Made by a program: the position numbers and the translations under genes | Part shown: piece after piece, positions 8,979 to 18,868 of the stretch | Numbering within the stretch: position 1 is the stretch's first letter | Layout: the number at the start of each line of letters is the position of its first letter | IMG/VR virus record: IMGVR_UViG_3300031972_001405 | Location: 1-64,000 of that record | Source of the DNA: a virus | Strand: one strand, 5' to 3' | DNA length: 64,000 bases | The notes under the pieces: model-generated | What the model was told of the DNA's origin: nothing | Seen by the model: the letters and a program-made list of their open reading frames with translations, nothing else | Databases searched by the model: none

Positions 8979-10351
8979 TAGAATTTCAGTCTAGAGAATT
9001 TTTCTTTTGTGGTTTCTTCGTTATTATACTCCGCATCCTGAGCACTGTCAAGGATGTCGTCTTGTGCTGTTTGCTCACAATCGTAGAGTCGCATCTTGGA
9101 TCGGTCAATACCAATCACAAATCTCTTACAAACATTGCCATCATTGTATCTGTTCTTCAACTGCTTCACAAGTATCTGTCCCAAGGATTCGAGTTCTTCA
9201 GTAGAAATAAGGGCAAACATAAGATCAGCAGTAGCAGGGAGGCCAAAGGACTCAGAAGTGTCAGTAATGTCAACATCAGAGCTACCATAACCAGAACGAG
9301 TGGTCTGCGTGGCAGAAACGATAGGGACGTTTGCTTCAACAGCCAACCCTCTAAGCTCCTCAGCAATAGATTTGACAATTGTATATGAATTGACAGCGCC
9401 GCCTCCGCGATAGCGGGAGGAAGCACATATATTAAGGTAATCAACGAAAATAATATCAGGTCTAAATGATTTCTTAAGTGCAAGCTCGCTAAGAAGTGCT
9501 CTAAAATGTCCACTATGTGCGCTCGCAGTTGGATACTCTTTAATAATCAGTTGACCTTGAGTCTTCTTTGATAGGTTATTGATTTTGTTTTCAAACATAA
9601 CCTTAGGAAGATCACCAATATCTTGGATATTGACGTTCAAAAGATTCGCGTCAATTCGTTCAGCAATTCTTTCCTCTGCCATCTCAAGTGTAATGTAGAG
9701 AACGTTGCGCCCTTGTGCGAGGCAGGCACTAGCCACATGGCACATGAATAAACTTTTCCCGACGCCTGTGCCAGCAAGAGCGACATTGAGAGTCTTGTTA
9801 GGCAAACCACCTTTGGTAATTTTGTTAAAATAGTCGAGATCAAATGGAATCTTTTCCTCTTCATGTTGGTAAAAGTTGTAGCGTTCTTCATAGTCCTCTA
9901 AGTAATCGTGCCCAACATGATTGTCAAAAGACACTGAAAGTGCGTCTTTAAGAATATCTGGGATAGCATCACGGTTTTTTGTACTGTCATTACCATCCGC
10001 AAGTTGGATGGATTCCATGAGTGCCAGGTATATAGCACGGTCGCGACACCACTTTTCAGTAGTGTCCATCAACCAGTCAGTATCAGACGGCATGTCATCT
10101 AAGATGTCAATAGTCTGTGATATTTGATTGTAGGTTTCTTGAGTTAGATCTGTCAGATTTGACAACTCAATTTGTAAGACTTCTTTTGTAGGAAGTTTAT
10201 TGTACTGCTCAACAAATTCCGAAATTTCACCATAAAGAATTCTTTGAGACTCTAGTTCAAAGTAGTCTTTCTTAAGGAATGGAATTACCTTACGAGCATA
10301 GACTTCATTATGAATGAGATTCCTCAGAATTAGAATCTCAACTTTCTCCAT
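8978..10351 (-). CDS. gp41: Replicative DnaB-like helicase (gp41)
   Basis: Walker A AGTGVGKS; YITLEMAEE, IFVDYL, SATQTTR, KQLKNRY. Confidence 0.96.
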   Translation of the reverse strand: MEKVEILILRNLIHNEVYARKVIPFLKKDYFELESQRILYGEISEFVEQYNKLPTKEVLQIELSNLTDLTQETYNQISQTIDILDDMPSDTDWLMDTTEKWCRDRAIYLALMESIQLADGNDSTKNRDAIPDILKDALSVSFDNHVGHDYLEDYEERYNFYQHEEEKIPFDLDYFNKITKGGLPNKTLNVALAGTGVGKSLFMCHVASACLAQGRNVLYITLEMAEERIAERIDANLLNVNIQDIGDLPKVMFENKINNLSKKTQGQLIIKEYPTASAHSGHFRALLSELALKKSFRPDIIFVDYLNICASSRYRGGGAVNSYTIVKSIAEELRGLAVEANVPIVSATQTTRSGYGSSDVDITDTSESFGLPATADLMFALISTEELESLGQILVKQLKNRYNDGNVCKRFVIGIDRSKMRLYDCEQTAQDDILDSAQDAEYNNEETTKEKFSRLKF

Positions 10352-11348
10352 AGGAAAACTCCTTCATAGCAATTTCATCAAGTTGTTGCATCACTTCATC
10401 AGTGAAGTATTTTTCAGGTTCTTTAAGAATCTGTTTGGCATAGACTTTTTTGTCACCCATTACATAGCGACCTGCTACATTTTTCCAAAGTCCGCCAATC
10501 TCACCGAGTTCAAGAAGACCAAAATATCGATCAAGACCACGCTCATCGTAATACAGACGCACCGTAACATCCTTGTTCTCCTTACTTAAACGTGACTTGT
10601 GAGTCTTAGCCTTGATAAGATTACCAATGACCTCTGTTCCATCCTTCTCTTTCTTTTTGCTGAGATAGATGATTGTACTTGCTGCATACTTGAGACCAGA
10701 GCCTCCTCCCATTTCCTTTGTAGGGACATAAGAACCAATGACATCGTAAGTGTGGTTGGTGACGATCATAGGTATTCTAGCCTGTCCTAGCTTCAATGTC
10801 AACATCCTGAACGCACCTTTAATCAGTTGTGATTTTGTCATATCACGAACCTGTTTGTCGTCAAGAGCATCTCTGATCTCCTTCTCGGTGGAAAGCATAC
10901 CAAGAGAGTCTAGCACAAACATACAGGGTTTACGATCCTCCTCAGGTGTTTTGAGATACATGTCCACTGCCTTCAGGGCATAGGTTCTAAACTGCTCCAC
11001 AGTCACCACGTTAGCGACTACAAGGCGGTCTAGATCAATACCACGACTCTCTAAGAGAGACTTGTTAACTGCTGCCTCTGTGTCAAAATATAGACAGTAC
11101 CCATTAGGATTAGAATCAAGAAAATTTTTAACGACAGCGAGGCTGAAGAAAGTTTTGCCAGTAGAAGACTCACCAGCAATGGCAGTAATCTTATTGCCAG
11201 ATACACCACCAAAAATAGAACCTGAAACCAATGCGTTAAAAATGTACGAACCCGTGTCCACATAGTTTTCAGTGTCATCAATGTCTCTGGCAACGGTGGT
11301 GTACTCATCACCAATCTCCTTTACAATGTCCTTGAGAAAATCCATCAT
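10338..11348 (-). CDS. uvsX: RecA-like recombinase UvsX
   Basis: GESSTGKT, YFDTEAA, VLDSLG, MGGGSGLKYAAS. Confidence 0.95.
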   Translation of the reverse strand: MMDFLKDIVKEIGDEYTTVARDIDDTENYVDTGSYIFNALVSGSIFGGVSGNKITAIAGESSTGKTFFSLAVVKNFLDSNPNGYCLYFDTEAAVNKSLLESRGIDLDRLVVANVVTVEQFRTYALKAVDMYLKTPEEDRKPCMFVLDSLGMLSTEKEIRDALDDKQVRDMTKSQLIKGAFRMLTLKLGQARIPMIVTNHTYDVIGSYVPTKEMGGGSGLKYAASTIIYLSKKKEKDGTEVIGNLIKAKTHKSRLSKENKDVTVRLYYDERGLDRYFGLLELGEIGGLWKNVAGRYVMGDKKVYAKQILKEPEKYFTDEVMQQLDEIAMKEFSYGES

Positions 11349-11812
11349 TTTGTAATTAGTTTAGTTTTCTTTTTGTAGAAGTCATTAAGAATCCAGCTAC
11401 TGCTGTTCATCTTATCCTCTCCCCCTACTCCAAAAGCAAATTCTACCATAGGATCGTCACCATAGCGATCAATCTCAGGGATATTTGTTTTGGTTCTGTC
11501 ACCGCCATTGGCAAAAATCACGGATTCATTTCTATAGCGTTCCTTGATCACTGCTATAGCTCCACATGCAGAACCATCAGCATCATCAAATGCGATGACA
11601 TCATCTACCATCTGTAAATGATAAACGATATTTGCTCTTTCTACCCACGGCATAAATGGATGACCCTTCTTTCTTGTCAACCATTCATCAGAGTTAACTC
11701 CAACAATAAGTTTGTCACCTAATTTTTTAGCAGACTTGAAATACTCAATGTGTCCACTATGAATGGGATCAAATCCACCCGTTACTAATATGATTTTTGA
11801 CATTAATTCCAA
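11345..11812 (-). CDS. Small cytidylyl/adenylyltransferase (TagD / RfaE domain II type)
   Basis: TGGFDPIHSGH (HxGH), LIVGVNSDEWLTRKKG, FANGGDR, SSSWIL. Confidence 0.85.
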   Translation of the reverse strand: MELMSKIILVTGGFDPIHSGHIEYFKSAKKLGDKLIVGVNSDEWLTRKKGHPFMPWVERANIVYHLQMVDDVIAFDDADGSACGAIAVIKERYRNESVIFANGGDRTKTNIPEIDRYGDDPMVEFAFGVGGEDKMNSSSWILNDFYKKKTKLITK

Positions 11813-12000
11813 CGCAACGTTTTTAAATACTCCAAAACATTCTCTCTTACATCCATCAACTCAGTATAGCACTTCTGATTGTGAGAACACTCACGTAATT
11901 TGCTATCTGGTTTCAAGACAGACTCGATAAAAAGATCGAGTCCACGATTCCATTTATCTTTTTTATTCTCATCTTCTTCAATTGTGTTTTGGTCTTTCAT
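11803..12000 (-). CDS. Small hypothetical protein
   Basis: MKDQNTI... ATG overlaps the gp43 stop; KWNRGLDLFIESV..PD..LRECSHNQKC. Confidence 0.65.
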   Translation of the reverse strand: MKDQNTIEEDENKKDKWNRGLDLFIESVLKPDSKLRECSHNQKCYTELMDVRENVLEYLKTLRWN

Positions 12001-14492
12001 GAAAAGAAACTCTCTAGTGTAATGGTTTTTTCCACATTCCATCCAATAGAATCTAAGATTGCTTCCAATGGGTAGACGAAAGATTTCTCAAATTGAAGAT
12101 TATAATCAACGTATTTTGAGATGTTTAATTCGTGTGGGAAGTCTTGGATAAATGATATCACATTTTCATGGATTGGATTGGGTTTTGATAGATAAAGAAA
12201 CTTTATCTTCTCACCATTCTGAATGAACGAATACTTCGCATCCAATTTGTTCTGCTTTACATAGTGATTGTATAGCAGAGCACCACGAACATGAATTGGA
12301 GTGCCCTTATCATAGATAAAGGTCGATGAATGATACTTGTTAACATCAGAGACAGATCTAGGGAAAGCAACCTCCTCAGGGGACATTTGCTTAAACTTTG
12401 TTCTTGACTCCTCAATGTATTTAATCACGTCATCTTCCGTACCATTCATGATGATGTTGATTGCTTCCTTAATCATCGCCCTACAAGGTGCAGGAGTGGA
12501 TGATTTGACTGCTTCAAGCCCCATGATCTTAAGTTTAGGTGCAGCATATCGAACACCCTCACTATCCCATACGTTGAGAATATATCGCTTCTTCGCGGTC
12601 CAGATACCACGTTCAGCGATATTCTCACGCTTCATGATCATTTTTTGTTGATACGCCGAAACATAGTCCGAAAGTTCTTGGTAGGAGTTCTCGATAAAAG
12701 GTTCCAATTTTTCTTGGCAGATCTTGTCAAGTAACTCCACAACTGTTGTTTTATCACTAGACTTACTAGCAAGAAATTTATCAACAAGAGGTCCAAGATT
12801 AAGATAGATTGAATCAGTGTCAGATGCGATAACATAATCAACCTCCTCTGTAGACAAGATGTTATTTAGATAAGAATTCATTTTATTCTCAATCCAGCGA
12901 ATCGAGACTTGACCTGATAAAGTAATTGCTTCAGCGTTTGCTAACTTATAATAACGGAAGTATTGATTACCAATAGCACCATAAGCAGAGTTCAATTGAA
13001 TCTTACGAGCCATCTGGATGTTGTTACATCTGGAAATTTCCTTCCTGAGTTTATCAGTAGGAGTTTTTTCATACTCCTGTTTAGCAGCAAGCATCTTCTT
13101 CTTATAGACGGTGCGATCCTTATAGATCTTATCCATCAATTCAGGTAGAAACCCACGGACATCTTTGCGATACATTGCACCATTGGCACATACCGCATTG
13201 TTTTTATACATCTCAAATGTTATTTGCTGAGTAAGTATTTTTTCAACGTTAACTGTTGGATGTCTTTCGTCGAGTAATGTCTCTGGCGAAATATTGTACT
13301 GCATGATAAGGTGAGGATATAGACTGTTAAGGTCAAAACTAACAACCCAATCATACTTTCCTGGAATCGGTTCCTTGACATAGGCACCTGCATACTTTGC
13401 ATCTTTTTGAGAATCTACTTTCGGTGGAATTACAATGTTCCTCTCTTTAAGATAGTTAAAGATAATCGTATCCCACATACGAACTTGATAGAACACATCA
13501 ACATAGTTGACTTTCGCATCATATGCCATAGTAATAGCAAGCTCAATCAACTTCATCTTATCTTCAAGACGGTCAACCAGTTCCACGTCAACAATATTAT
13601 AGTCAACAAATTTCTGCCAGTTGCCAGTATAAAAATCTTTGAAGGTGTCAAACTCAGAGTGATCAAGTTTTTGTTGACCAAGTTCGACCAGAGCAATGTG
13701 ATCTAATCTATAAGATTCCCGATTAGTATAAGTAAATTTTTTATACAAGTCAAGATAGTCAAGTTGTGTTACACCACCAATGTCAAAGGTCTTAAACTTT
13801 CTACCCTTGATGTAAGTTTCATTCTCAGTTACTAGTCCCCAAGGTGATAGACGCTTCATCATCTTCTCACCCAACACACGGTTCAGGCGGCCAGCGATGT
13901 ATGGAATATCGAATAGTTGCAGGTTCCATCCAGTGATGACTTCAGGAGTATCATCCATCCACCACTGAATAAAACTTAGACAGAGTTCATACTCCGAAGA
14001 ACAGTACCGATACTCAAAATTCTTACGAGTAGAGTGATATGGTTTTACGCCCCATGTGATAATCTTCTTAGTCGATGCTTCTTGAACTGTAATGGTTTGC
14101 AGTTCTTCTTGTGGATCATTAACATCTGGAAAACCGTACTCGGTTGTGGTTTCAATGTCAATCGTAAACAGTTTGATCTTAGAAATATCAAACTTAATTT
14201 CTTTCTGTGGATACTTGTCAGAAATGTATTGATAGATGTATCGCTCATTGCCATGGACACTAAATCCATTCACATCTTGATACTTTTTAAAGAACTCCCG
14301 ACAGTCACGAACATATCCTGGTTGGATAGGTTCAACAAATTCACCATCGAGAGTCTTATATTCAGTCTTCTTTTTACTGTTCACATAGAGAGTTGGGCGA
14401 TACTCTTCACGATGCATAAAATGTTTTCCATTGTCGTATCCTCGAACGAGGAATTGATTGCCGACAAGTTGAACATTAGTATAAAACTTCAT
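11997..14492 (-). CDS. gp43: Family B DNA polymerase (gp43)
   Basis: Exo DIETT; SFDLNSLYP; KIQLNSAYG; ASDTDSIY; uninterrupted 831 aa. Confidence 0.97.
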   Translation of the reverse strand: MKFYTNVQLVGNQFLVRGYDNGKHFMHREEYRPTLYVNSKKKTEYKTLDGEFVEPIQPGYVRDCREFFKKYQDVNGFSVHGNERYIYQYISDKYPQKEIKFDISKIKLFTIDIETTTEYGFPDVNDPQEELQTITVQEASTKKIITWGVKPYHSTRKNFEYRYCSSEYELCLSFIQWWMDDTPEVITGWNLQLFDIPYIAGRLNRVLGEKMMKRLSPWGLVTENETYIKGRKFKTFDIGGVTQLDYLDLYKKFTYTNRESYRLDHIALVELGQQKLDHSEFDTFKDFYTGNWQKFVDYNIVDVELVDRLEDKMKLIELAITMAYDAKVNYVDVFYQVRMWDTIIFNYLKERNIVIPPKVDSQKDAKYAGAYVKEPIPGKYDWVVSFDLNSLYPHLIMQYNISPETLLDERHPTVNVEKILTQQITFEMYKNNAVCANGAMYRKDVRGFLPELMDKIYKDRTVYKKKMLAAKQEYEKTPTDKLRKEISRCNNIQMARKIQLNSAYGAIGNQYFRYYKLANAEAITLSGQVSIRWIENKMNSYLNNILSTEEVDYVIASDTDSIYLNLGPLVDKFLASKSSDKTTVVELLDKICQEKLEPFIENSYQELSDYVSAYQQKMIMKRENIAERGIWTAKKRYILNVWDSEGVRYAAPKLKIMGLEAVKSSTPAPCRAMIKEAINIIMNGTEDDVIKYIEESRTKFKQMSPEEVAFPRSVSDVNKYHSSTFIYDKGTPIHVRGALLYNHYVKQNKLDAKYSFIQNGEKIKFLYLSKPNPIHENVISFIQDFPHELNISKYVDYNLQFEKSFVYPLEAILDSIGWNVEKTITLESFFS

Positions 14493-14746
14493 TTAAGACA
14501 GGAAAGGTAGGCACGAAGGACTTTACTATTTGGTTCAACAATAGTGGTGATGCTGCTAGAATGAACCTTCATCTCGTTCTGAGTTGTATACTCACACAAC
14601 CATGGTCTGACTACAATCTCATTTTCAGGTCCAAGAATAACTTGGTATGGTTCTTTGAGCAAGCAATCTGGTTCACCAATATCAGCACCAACCTCCTGAA
14701 GAGTGGCGATGATCATCATACCATTAAAAAGTAATAGTTGAATCAT
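14489..14746 (-). CDS. Hypothetical Sm-like-fold small protein
   Basis: IQLLLFNG.MIIATLQE..EPYQV..RPW pattern. Confidence 0.55.
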   Translation of the reverse strand: MIQLLLFNGMMIIATLQEVGADIGEPDCLLKEPYQVILGPENEIVVRPWLCEYTTQNEMKVHSSSITTIVEPNSKVLRAYLSCLK

Positions 14747-15309
14747 GCCCCAGTCTCCGTTGCCCCATCCCATTCGGCGTCAGAAGTACCAACTTCAGGA
14801 TCATATTCCACACTCTCAGGAATCAAATCAACTGGATTGCCTTCCTCATCGGTATAACCCTGAAGCATTTCATTGGGGTCATAGTATCCAGTAGACTCAT
14901 CCTCAAATGCGTCATCAGCGTCTACGCCTTCCCCATCATCAGGCTGCTCTTCATATTCAGCATCAGTATCATCATCCAAAGAATCTTGATCGGCAAGATA
15001 ACCTTCAGGTGCTTTACCGACACCAGACAGACCATCCTTGTACTGTTGAACAATCTGTTCAATTGGATTAACAATGCTGATCACCCAGTCCCTAGGAATC
15101 ATAATCTCCCTATCAGCAGACAGTGGACACCAAGGAGCAAAGTGAACCTGAGTATCTGTGACTTCAGTATAGAGTTCGTCTGGAGACGATAGGTCAACGG
15201 TTACAGGTCTATCAAGACGATAACCGAGAAGCGTCTCTCCATGCTTAAGTTCCTTTACGTCAGCGATAACATCTTCTCCTGACTTGAGAAGAACCATCTT
15301 AATAGTCAT
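14743..15309 (-). CDS. Hypothetical Sm-like-fold protein with long acidic tail
   Basis: MTIKMVLLKSGEDVIADVKE..FAPW..IPRDWVISIVNP then a D/E-rich tail. Confidence 0.65.
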   Translation of the reverse strand: MTIKMVLLKSGEDVIADVKELKHGETLLGYRLDRPVTVDLSSPDELYTEVTDTQVHFAPWCPLSADREIMIPRDWVISIVNPIEQIVQQYKDGLSGVGKAPEGYLADQDSLDDDTDAEYEEQPDDGEGVDADDAFEDESTGYYDPNEMLQGYTDEEGNPVDLIPESVEYDPEVGTSDAEWDGATETGA

Positions 15310-15331
15310 AACCGTTCTCTAGATCCCTTAC

Positions 15332-15365
15332 AGTATAAAAGATCCCCGTGAGTTTGTCAAGGGGA
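15332..15365 (-). promoter_or_regulatory. Sigma70-type promoter nested in the hairpin after hsp20, upstream of the gp43-uvsX-gp41 block
   Basis: TTGACA (15355-15360) N17 TATACT (15332-15337); TCCCC/GGGGA stem overlaps it. Confidence 0.85.
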
Positions 15366-15379
15366 CCTGAGCACAATAT

Positions 15380-15814
15380 TTATAAGTAATTCTTCCGCTC
15401 ATGGGCCTTAGGAACAACCTTACCTAAGATGACTGTCAGTAACCCATCCTCAAAAGTAACTGATCTAACTTCCGTGTCTTCGCTAAGTGTCCACGCTCGT
15501 GTAAAACTCCGTTGAGCCACACCCTTGTGGAGGTAGTTCGTTTCCGTTTCCTTATCTTCCTTCTGACCTTCGATAAAGAGTTTACCATCTTGTGTGTAGA
15601 CGAAGACTTCTGCCTTCTTAAAACCTGCCAAAGCAAGTTCCAGACTTGACTCAACATTACTTAGAGAAATTAAATTGTACGGTGGATATTTAGACGTTGT
15701 TTCGTGCAGACTGAAGATACGATCGAAGTAATCTTCCATACCAATTGTATTGCGATTGATCCTGTCAAACAGTTGATCCAAGTTCGCAGCATGATACTTT
15801 GCTAGACCTGTCAT
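15380..15814 (-). CDS. hsp20: Small heat-shock protein (Hsp20/IbpA-like)
   Basis: YPPYN, ELALAGF, YLHKGVAQRSFTR, FEDGLL; RBS AGGAG before MTGLAK; late promoter TATAAATA at 15872-15879. Confidence 0.93.
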   Translation of the reverse strand: MTGLAKYHAANLDQLFDRINRNTIGMEDYFDRIFSLHETTSKYPPYNLISLSNVESSLELALAGFKKAEVFVYTQDGKLFIEGQKEDKETETNYLHKGVAQRSFTRAWTLSEDTEVRSVTFEDGLLTVILGKVVPKAHERKNYL

Positions 15815-15890
15815 TTGTAGCTCTCCTAAAAAGCGAGATTGCGTTGTGTGGACCCTTGCGGCGTCCATCTATATTTATAGCATAGCACAT

Positions 15891-15918
15891 AAAAAAAGCG
15901 GGTGTGGAAACCCGCTTG
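15891..15918 (-). terminator. Rho-independent terminator after the ParB-like gene
   Basis: AAGCGGGT-TTCCAC-ACCCGCTT followed by a T run on the minus strand. Confidence 0.75.
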
Positions 15919-15932
15919 ATTTTATTCGGTTA

Positions 15933-16991
15933 TCACTTACGAATGAACTGTCCTTCCTGCACTCCCTCAGTGTGATGATCTTGTGCAAGAAATGCATGTT
16001 GACACTTCGGATGTTGGAATGGATAAAATCCATTAATTGCATGATAGACTCGAATTTCATCAAGTGTATCTGAAAGATTTTGCAAAGCAACATCATGAAC
16101 TTTCTTGCGCTTAACGTCCAGAGACTCAACACGAGAGGGAAGAGAAACAGATGCTTGAATGTTCATCCAAGAATCTTTAGGAGTTTTCGCTGCCTCTGTA
16201 ATCAAAGGATTAGTACGAGATCCCCAGTTATCCATATTAACATAGTAATTACGGACATCAGGATTGTTCAACACTTCTTTGACATATGTGTCAGTAGAAC
16301 GATCAACATAGTCCTGATATGTTTTCTCATTATGAGAAGTGTATCGTTCAAGTTTAACTTGAGTATTACCACTGCTATGGATAAAACTCACCATCTCTTT
16401 CACAAGACGACCCTGCCTGGTCTTGCTTAGTGAGTTGTTAGCAATCAATTTGATTTCATCTTTAATTTGCTGTTGGCATGTAATTTTTCCTGCCTCCACA
16501 CCAAACTTGATATGCTCAACAACTTCATCCTCATTGTTAAGAGTAGCATGAAATACACGCTCATTGTTCAAAGCTTTAGCAAAACGCTTACGCGACCACT
16601 CACTTCCACACTGAACGTAGACAAACATATATCCAGGGATGCCAAGGATGGAGCACATATCATGGCGGTGTCCACCAGTGATGATATCTCCAGTGTCAAC
16701 ATCAATATAAACAGGAGGTTGAGAGCAATCGACACCATTTTGCTCAACATCCTCTTTAAGAAGATTTACTTTGTTTTGGTCAGTGCCCATGACACGACCA
16801 ATATTATTCTGCTTGACAGTATCTTTCCACAGACCAAACTTCTTCTCAACAATTTTAACGTCATCAATTCCTTTGTCGTTGACAGGGAAGGTCCAGTTGG
16901 CAGGATCCATCAACTTTTCATCAAAAAAGTCGCAAACATAGTCTGCAAGTTTGATGGGAGTGTCAAAGATTGTAGAGAGTGTCATGATCAT
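15933..16991 (-). CDS. Hypothetical protein with ParB/Srx-like domain
   Basis: NIGR...KVNLLKEDVEQNG..QPPVYID....IITGGHR..MCSILG resembles the ParB N-terminal G-x-H-R core. Confidence 0.6.
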   Translation of the reverse strand: MIMTLSTIFDTPIKLADYVCDFFDEKLMDPANWTFPVNDKGIDDVKIVEKKFGLWKDTVKQNNIGRVMGTDQNKVNLLKEDVEQNGVDCSQPPVYIDVDTGDIITGGHRHDMCSILGIPGYMFVYVQCGSEWSRKRFAKALNNERVFHATLNNEDEVVEHIKFGVEAGKITCQQQIKDEIKLIANNSLSKTRQGRLVKEMVSFIHSSGNTQVKLERYTSHNEKTYQDYVDRSTDTYVKEVLNNPDVRNYYVNMDNWGSRTNPLITEAAKTPKDSWMNIQASVSLPSRVESLDVKRKKVHDVALQNLSDTLDEIRVYHAINGFYPFQHPKCQHAFLAQDHHTEGVQEGQFIRK

Positions 16992-17007
16992 GATTGATTA
17001 CCCACAT

Positions 17008-17049
17008 ATCATAGCATAAAGAAGGCAGGAGCGCAAGCCCCTGCCTTCT
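17008..17049 (-). promoter_or_regulatory. Sigma70-type promoter nested in a terminator-like hairpin
   Basis: TTGCGC (17031-17036) N17 TATGAT (17008-17013) with extended -10 TG; 10-bp stem AGAAGGCAGG/CCTGCCTTCT. Confidence 0.7.
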
Positions 17050-17102
17050 GGTAGCGTTATATTCCGTTGTAGCGTGTCGCGCACGAAAGAGCGACGGTTT
17101 AT

Positions 17103-17543
17103 TTAGGCTGCTTCAACCTTCTTTTTCTTACCGATGTTGTACTTAGTCTCCAAAATCCACTCAGTTTTTTCTTTATATGCTAACACTTTGATCTGATTGA
17201 GTGGAGCAATACTCTCAACTGCTTCAGGATTCACAACACTAATCAAACCCCAGTCACAAAGAAGTTGAGTGATTCTGTTACGACGCTGAACATCATTAAG
17301 AGTCAGATTGGCATGTTTACCGTCAAGAGCAAACAGTTCCTTAAAATGAACGATATAGTATCTGCCCTGCTTATGCAGAATATGGCAGGACTGGTACAGT
17401 TTCTTTTCTTTACGAGAAGCAACACCAATGCGTGTTAGAGTTTCTCTTACTTTCAAAAAATCATCTGGTTCATTCAGTGCTACTTCGATCATGTTATCTT
17501 GTGACCAAGTAACTTCAGGTTCCTGAATGCTATTAGTTGTCAT
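17103..17543 (-). CDS. regA: Translational repressor RegA
   Basis: PDDFLKVRETLTRIGVAS..LYQSCHILHKQGRYYIVHFKELFALDG. Confidence 0.96.
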   Translation of the reverse strand: MTTNSIQEPEVTWSQDNMIEVALNEPDDFLKVRETLTRIGVASRKEKKLYQSCHILHKQGRYYIVHFKELFALDGKHANLTLNDVQRRNRITQLLCDWGLISVVNPEAVESIAPLNQIKVLAYKEKTEWILETKYNIGKKKKVEAA

Positions 17544-17908
17544 CGTGTGCCTCCAACGTCAAGTCGCTGTTTAATAAAGTCGATTTGTTCTCTAGTTAGA
17601 ATTTTCAAAGACTGGAGTGCTTTTTCATTACTATATCCATAGTAAGATTTTATTGCCTCAAGGTCCTTTACCTTTTCCTTCTTGAGCCACGGAGAATATC
17701 TCTTCCGTTTTCTCAGACTATTTAGCAAAAATTTATATTGCATATCTTTGTTAAGATGAGAGTGCATGTTCATTTGATTAACAAACAGCACAGCATCCAT
17801 GTGTCCCGATAAGCAGCGATTGACAATGTATGGGGGATAAGACTTGATGTCTTCACTCAAATCTTCTTTGTTGATGTTGATACTATTGAGCCAGTCTTTG
17901 AGTTCCAT
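17540..17908 (-). CDS. gp62: Clamp loader small subunit (gp62)
   Basis: LKDWLNSIN, YPPYIVNRCLS, YYGYSNEKA; position before regA. Confidence 0.92.
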   Translation of the reverse strand: MELKDWLNSININKEDLSEDIKSYPPYIVNRCLSGHMDAVLFVNQMNMHSHLNKDMQYKFLLNSLRKRKRYSPWLKKEKVKDLEAIKSYYGYSNEKALQSLKILTREQIDFIKQRLDVGGTR

Positions 17909-18051
17909 TAATTAAAAACCGCAGTAACGCTAACAATTGTTGCTCCAGGATTACGAGCAAGAGCAACTTGTTTTGCATCTTGATAATCCCTAGCAATCAC
18001 CTCTTCTTTAAAGACCGTTCCTGCCTTAAACAATGTGACCTGGCATTTCAT
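17908..18051 (-). CDS. Small conserved hypothetical protein (47 aa)
   Basis: MKCQVTLFKAGTVFKEEVIARDYQDAKQVALARNPGA. Confidence 0.65.
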   Translation of the reverse strand: MKCQVTLFKAGTVFKEEVIARDYQDAKQVALARNPGATIVSVTAVFN

Positions 18052-18868
18052 AATTAAAGAGTACGAGTTCCTTGCGTTCTTTCTGCTCTCGCATATACTC
18101 ACCTACAGAACGCATTGTATAGGTAAGACCAAACTCTCCTGCTTCCCAAGTTTTGAATCTTTCTTTGACCAGTTGAGACGAATTATAAGATATGAGTTGA
18201 GGAGCAACAAAGCGATCACAATTACTAGCAAAGACATCATGATCAAAGGACTTGTGCATATCACCCTTCTTACCATACAAGTTATCTTTGATATCGTATG
18301 GAGGATCTAAGTATGTGAAAGTATCTCGGTTGTCAGTTAAGAGTTTCTCATAACTGATGTTTGTGATCTTCCAGTTTTCAATTATCTGGGTGTAACCTGG
18401 AAGCTTCTCGATTCCTCGCATTGAGAAGTTGGAGTCAGACGCTTGCCTGCTAAAGGATGAGGACTCAGTGAGACCAGAAAAAGAGCACTTGTTAATAACG
18501 TAGAAACTACAAGCACGAAATAGAGGGGAAATGGAATGGTCATTTACAAGTTCCTTTGCTTCTAAAAACAATCCTCTGGCGGATTCTTGATCGGGATAGC
18601 GAGACTTCAGTTCCTGAAGACGCTTGAACATTTTGTATCCATCATCCTGCAAAGTCTTCCAGAAGTTGACCAGAGGTTCATACAAATCATTCACCCAGAT
18701 GTCTAGGTGCGGATACTTCTTGGTGATATGAATGGCTACACTGCCACCACCAAGGAAAGGTTCACGAAACTCTCTGTAGTCCCTGAGATCAGGGAGAAAG
18801 GTTTCTAGTTTAACGCAAGCACGGGACTTACCCCCTGGATAACGTAATGGTGTCTTGTAGGACTTCAT
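18026..18868 (-). CDS. dam: DNA adenine methyltransferase (Dam / D12 class)
   Basis: PLRYPGGKS, EPFLGGGSV, YLDPPY motifs. Confidence 0.92.
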   Translation of the reverse strand: MKSYKTPLRYPGGKSRACVKLETFLPDLRDYREFREPFLGGGSVAIHITKKYPHLDIWVNDLYEPLVNFWKTLQDDGYKMFKRLQELKSRYPDQESARGLFLEAKELVNDHSISPLFRACSFYVINKCSFSGLTESSSFSRQASDSNFSMRGIEKLPGYTQIIENWKITNISYEKLLTDNRDTFTYLDPPYDIKDNLYGKKGDMHKSFDHDVFASNCDRFVAPQLISYNSSQLVKERFKTWEAGEFGLTYTMRSVGEYMREQKERKELVLFNYEMPGHIV

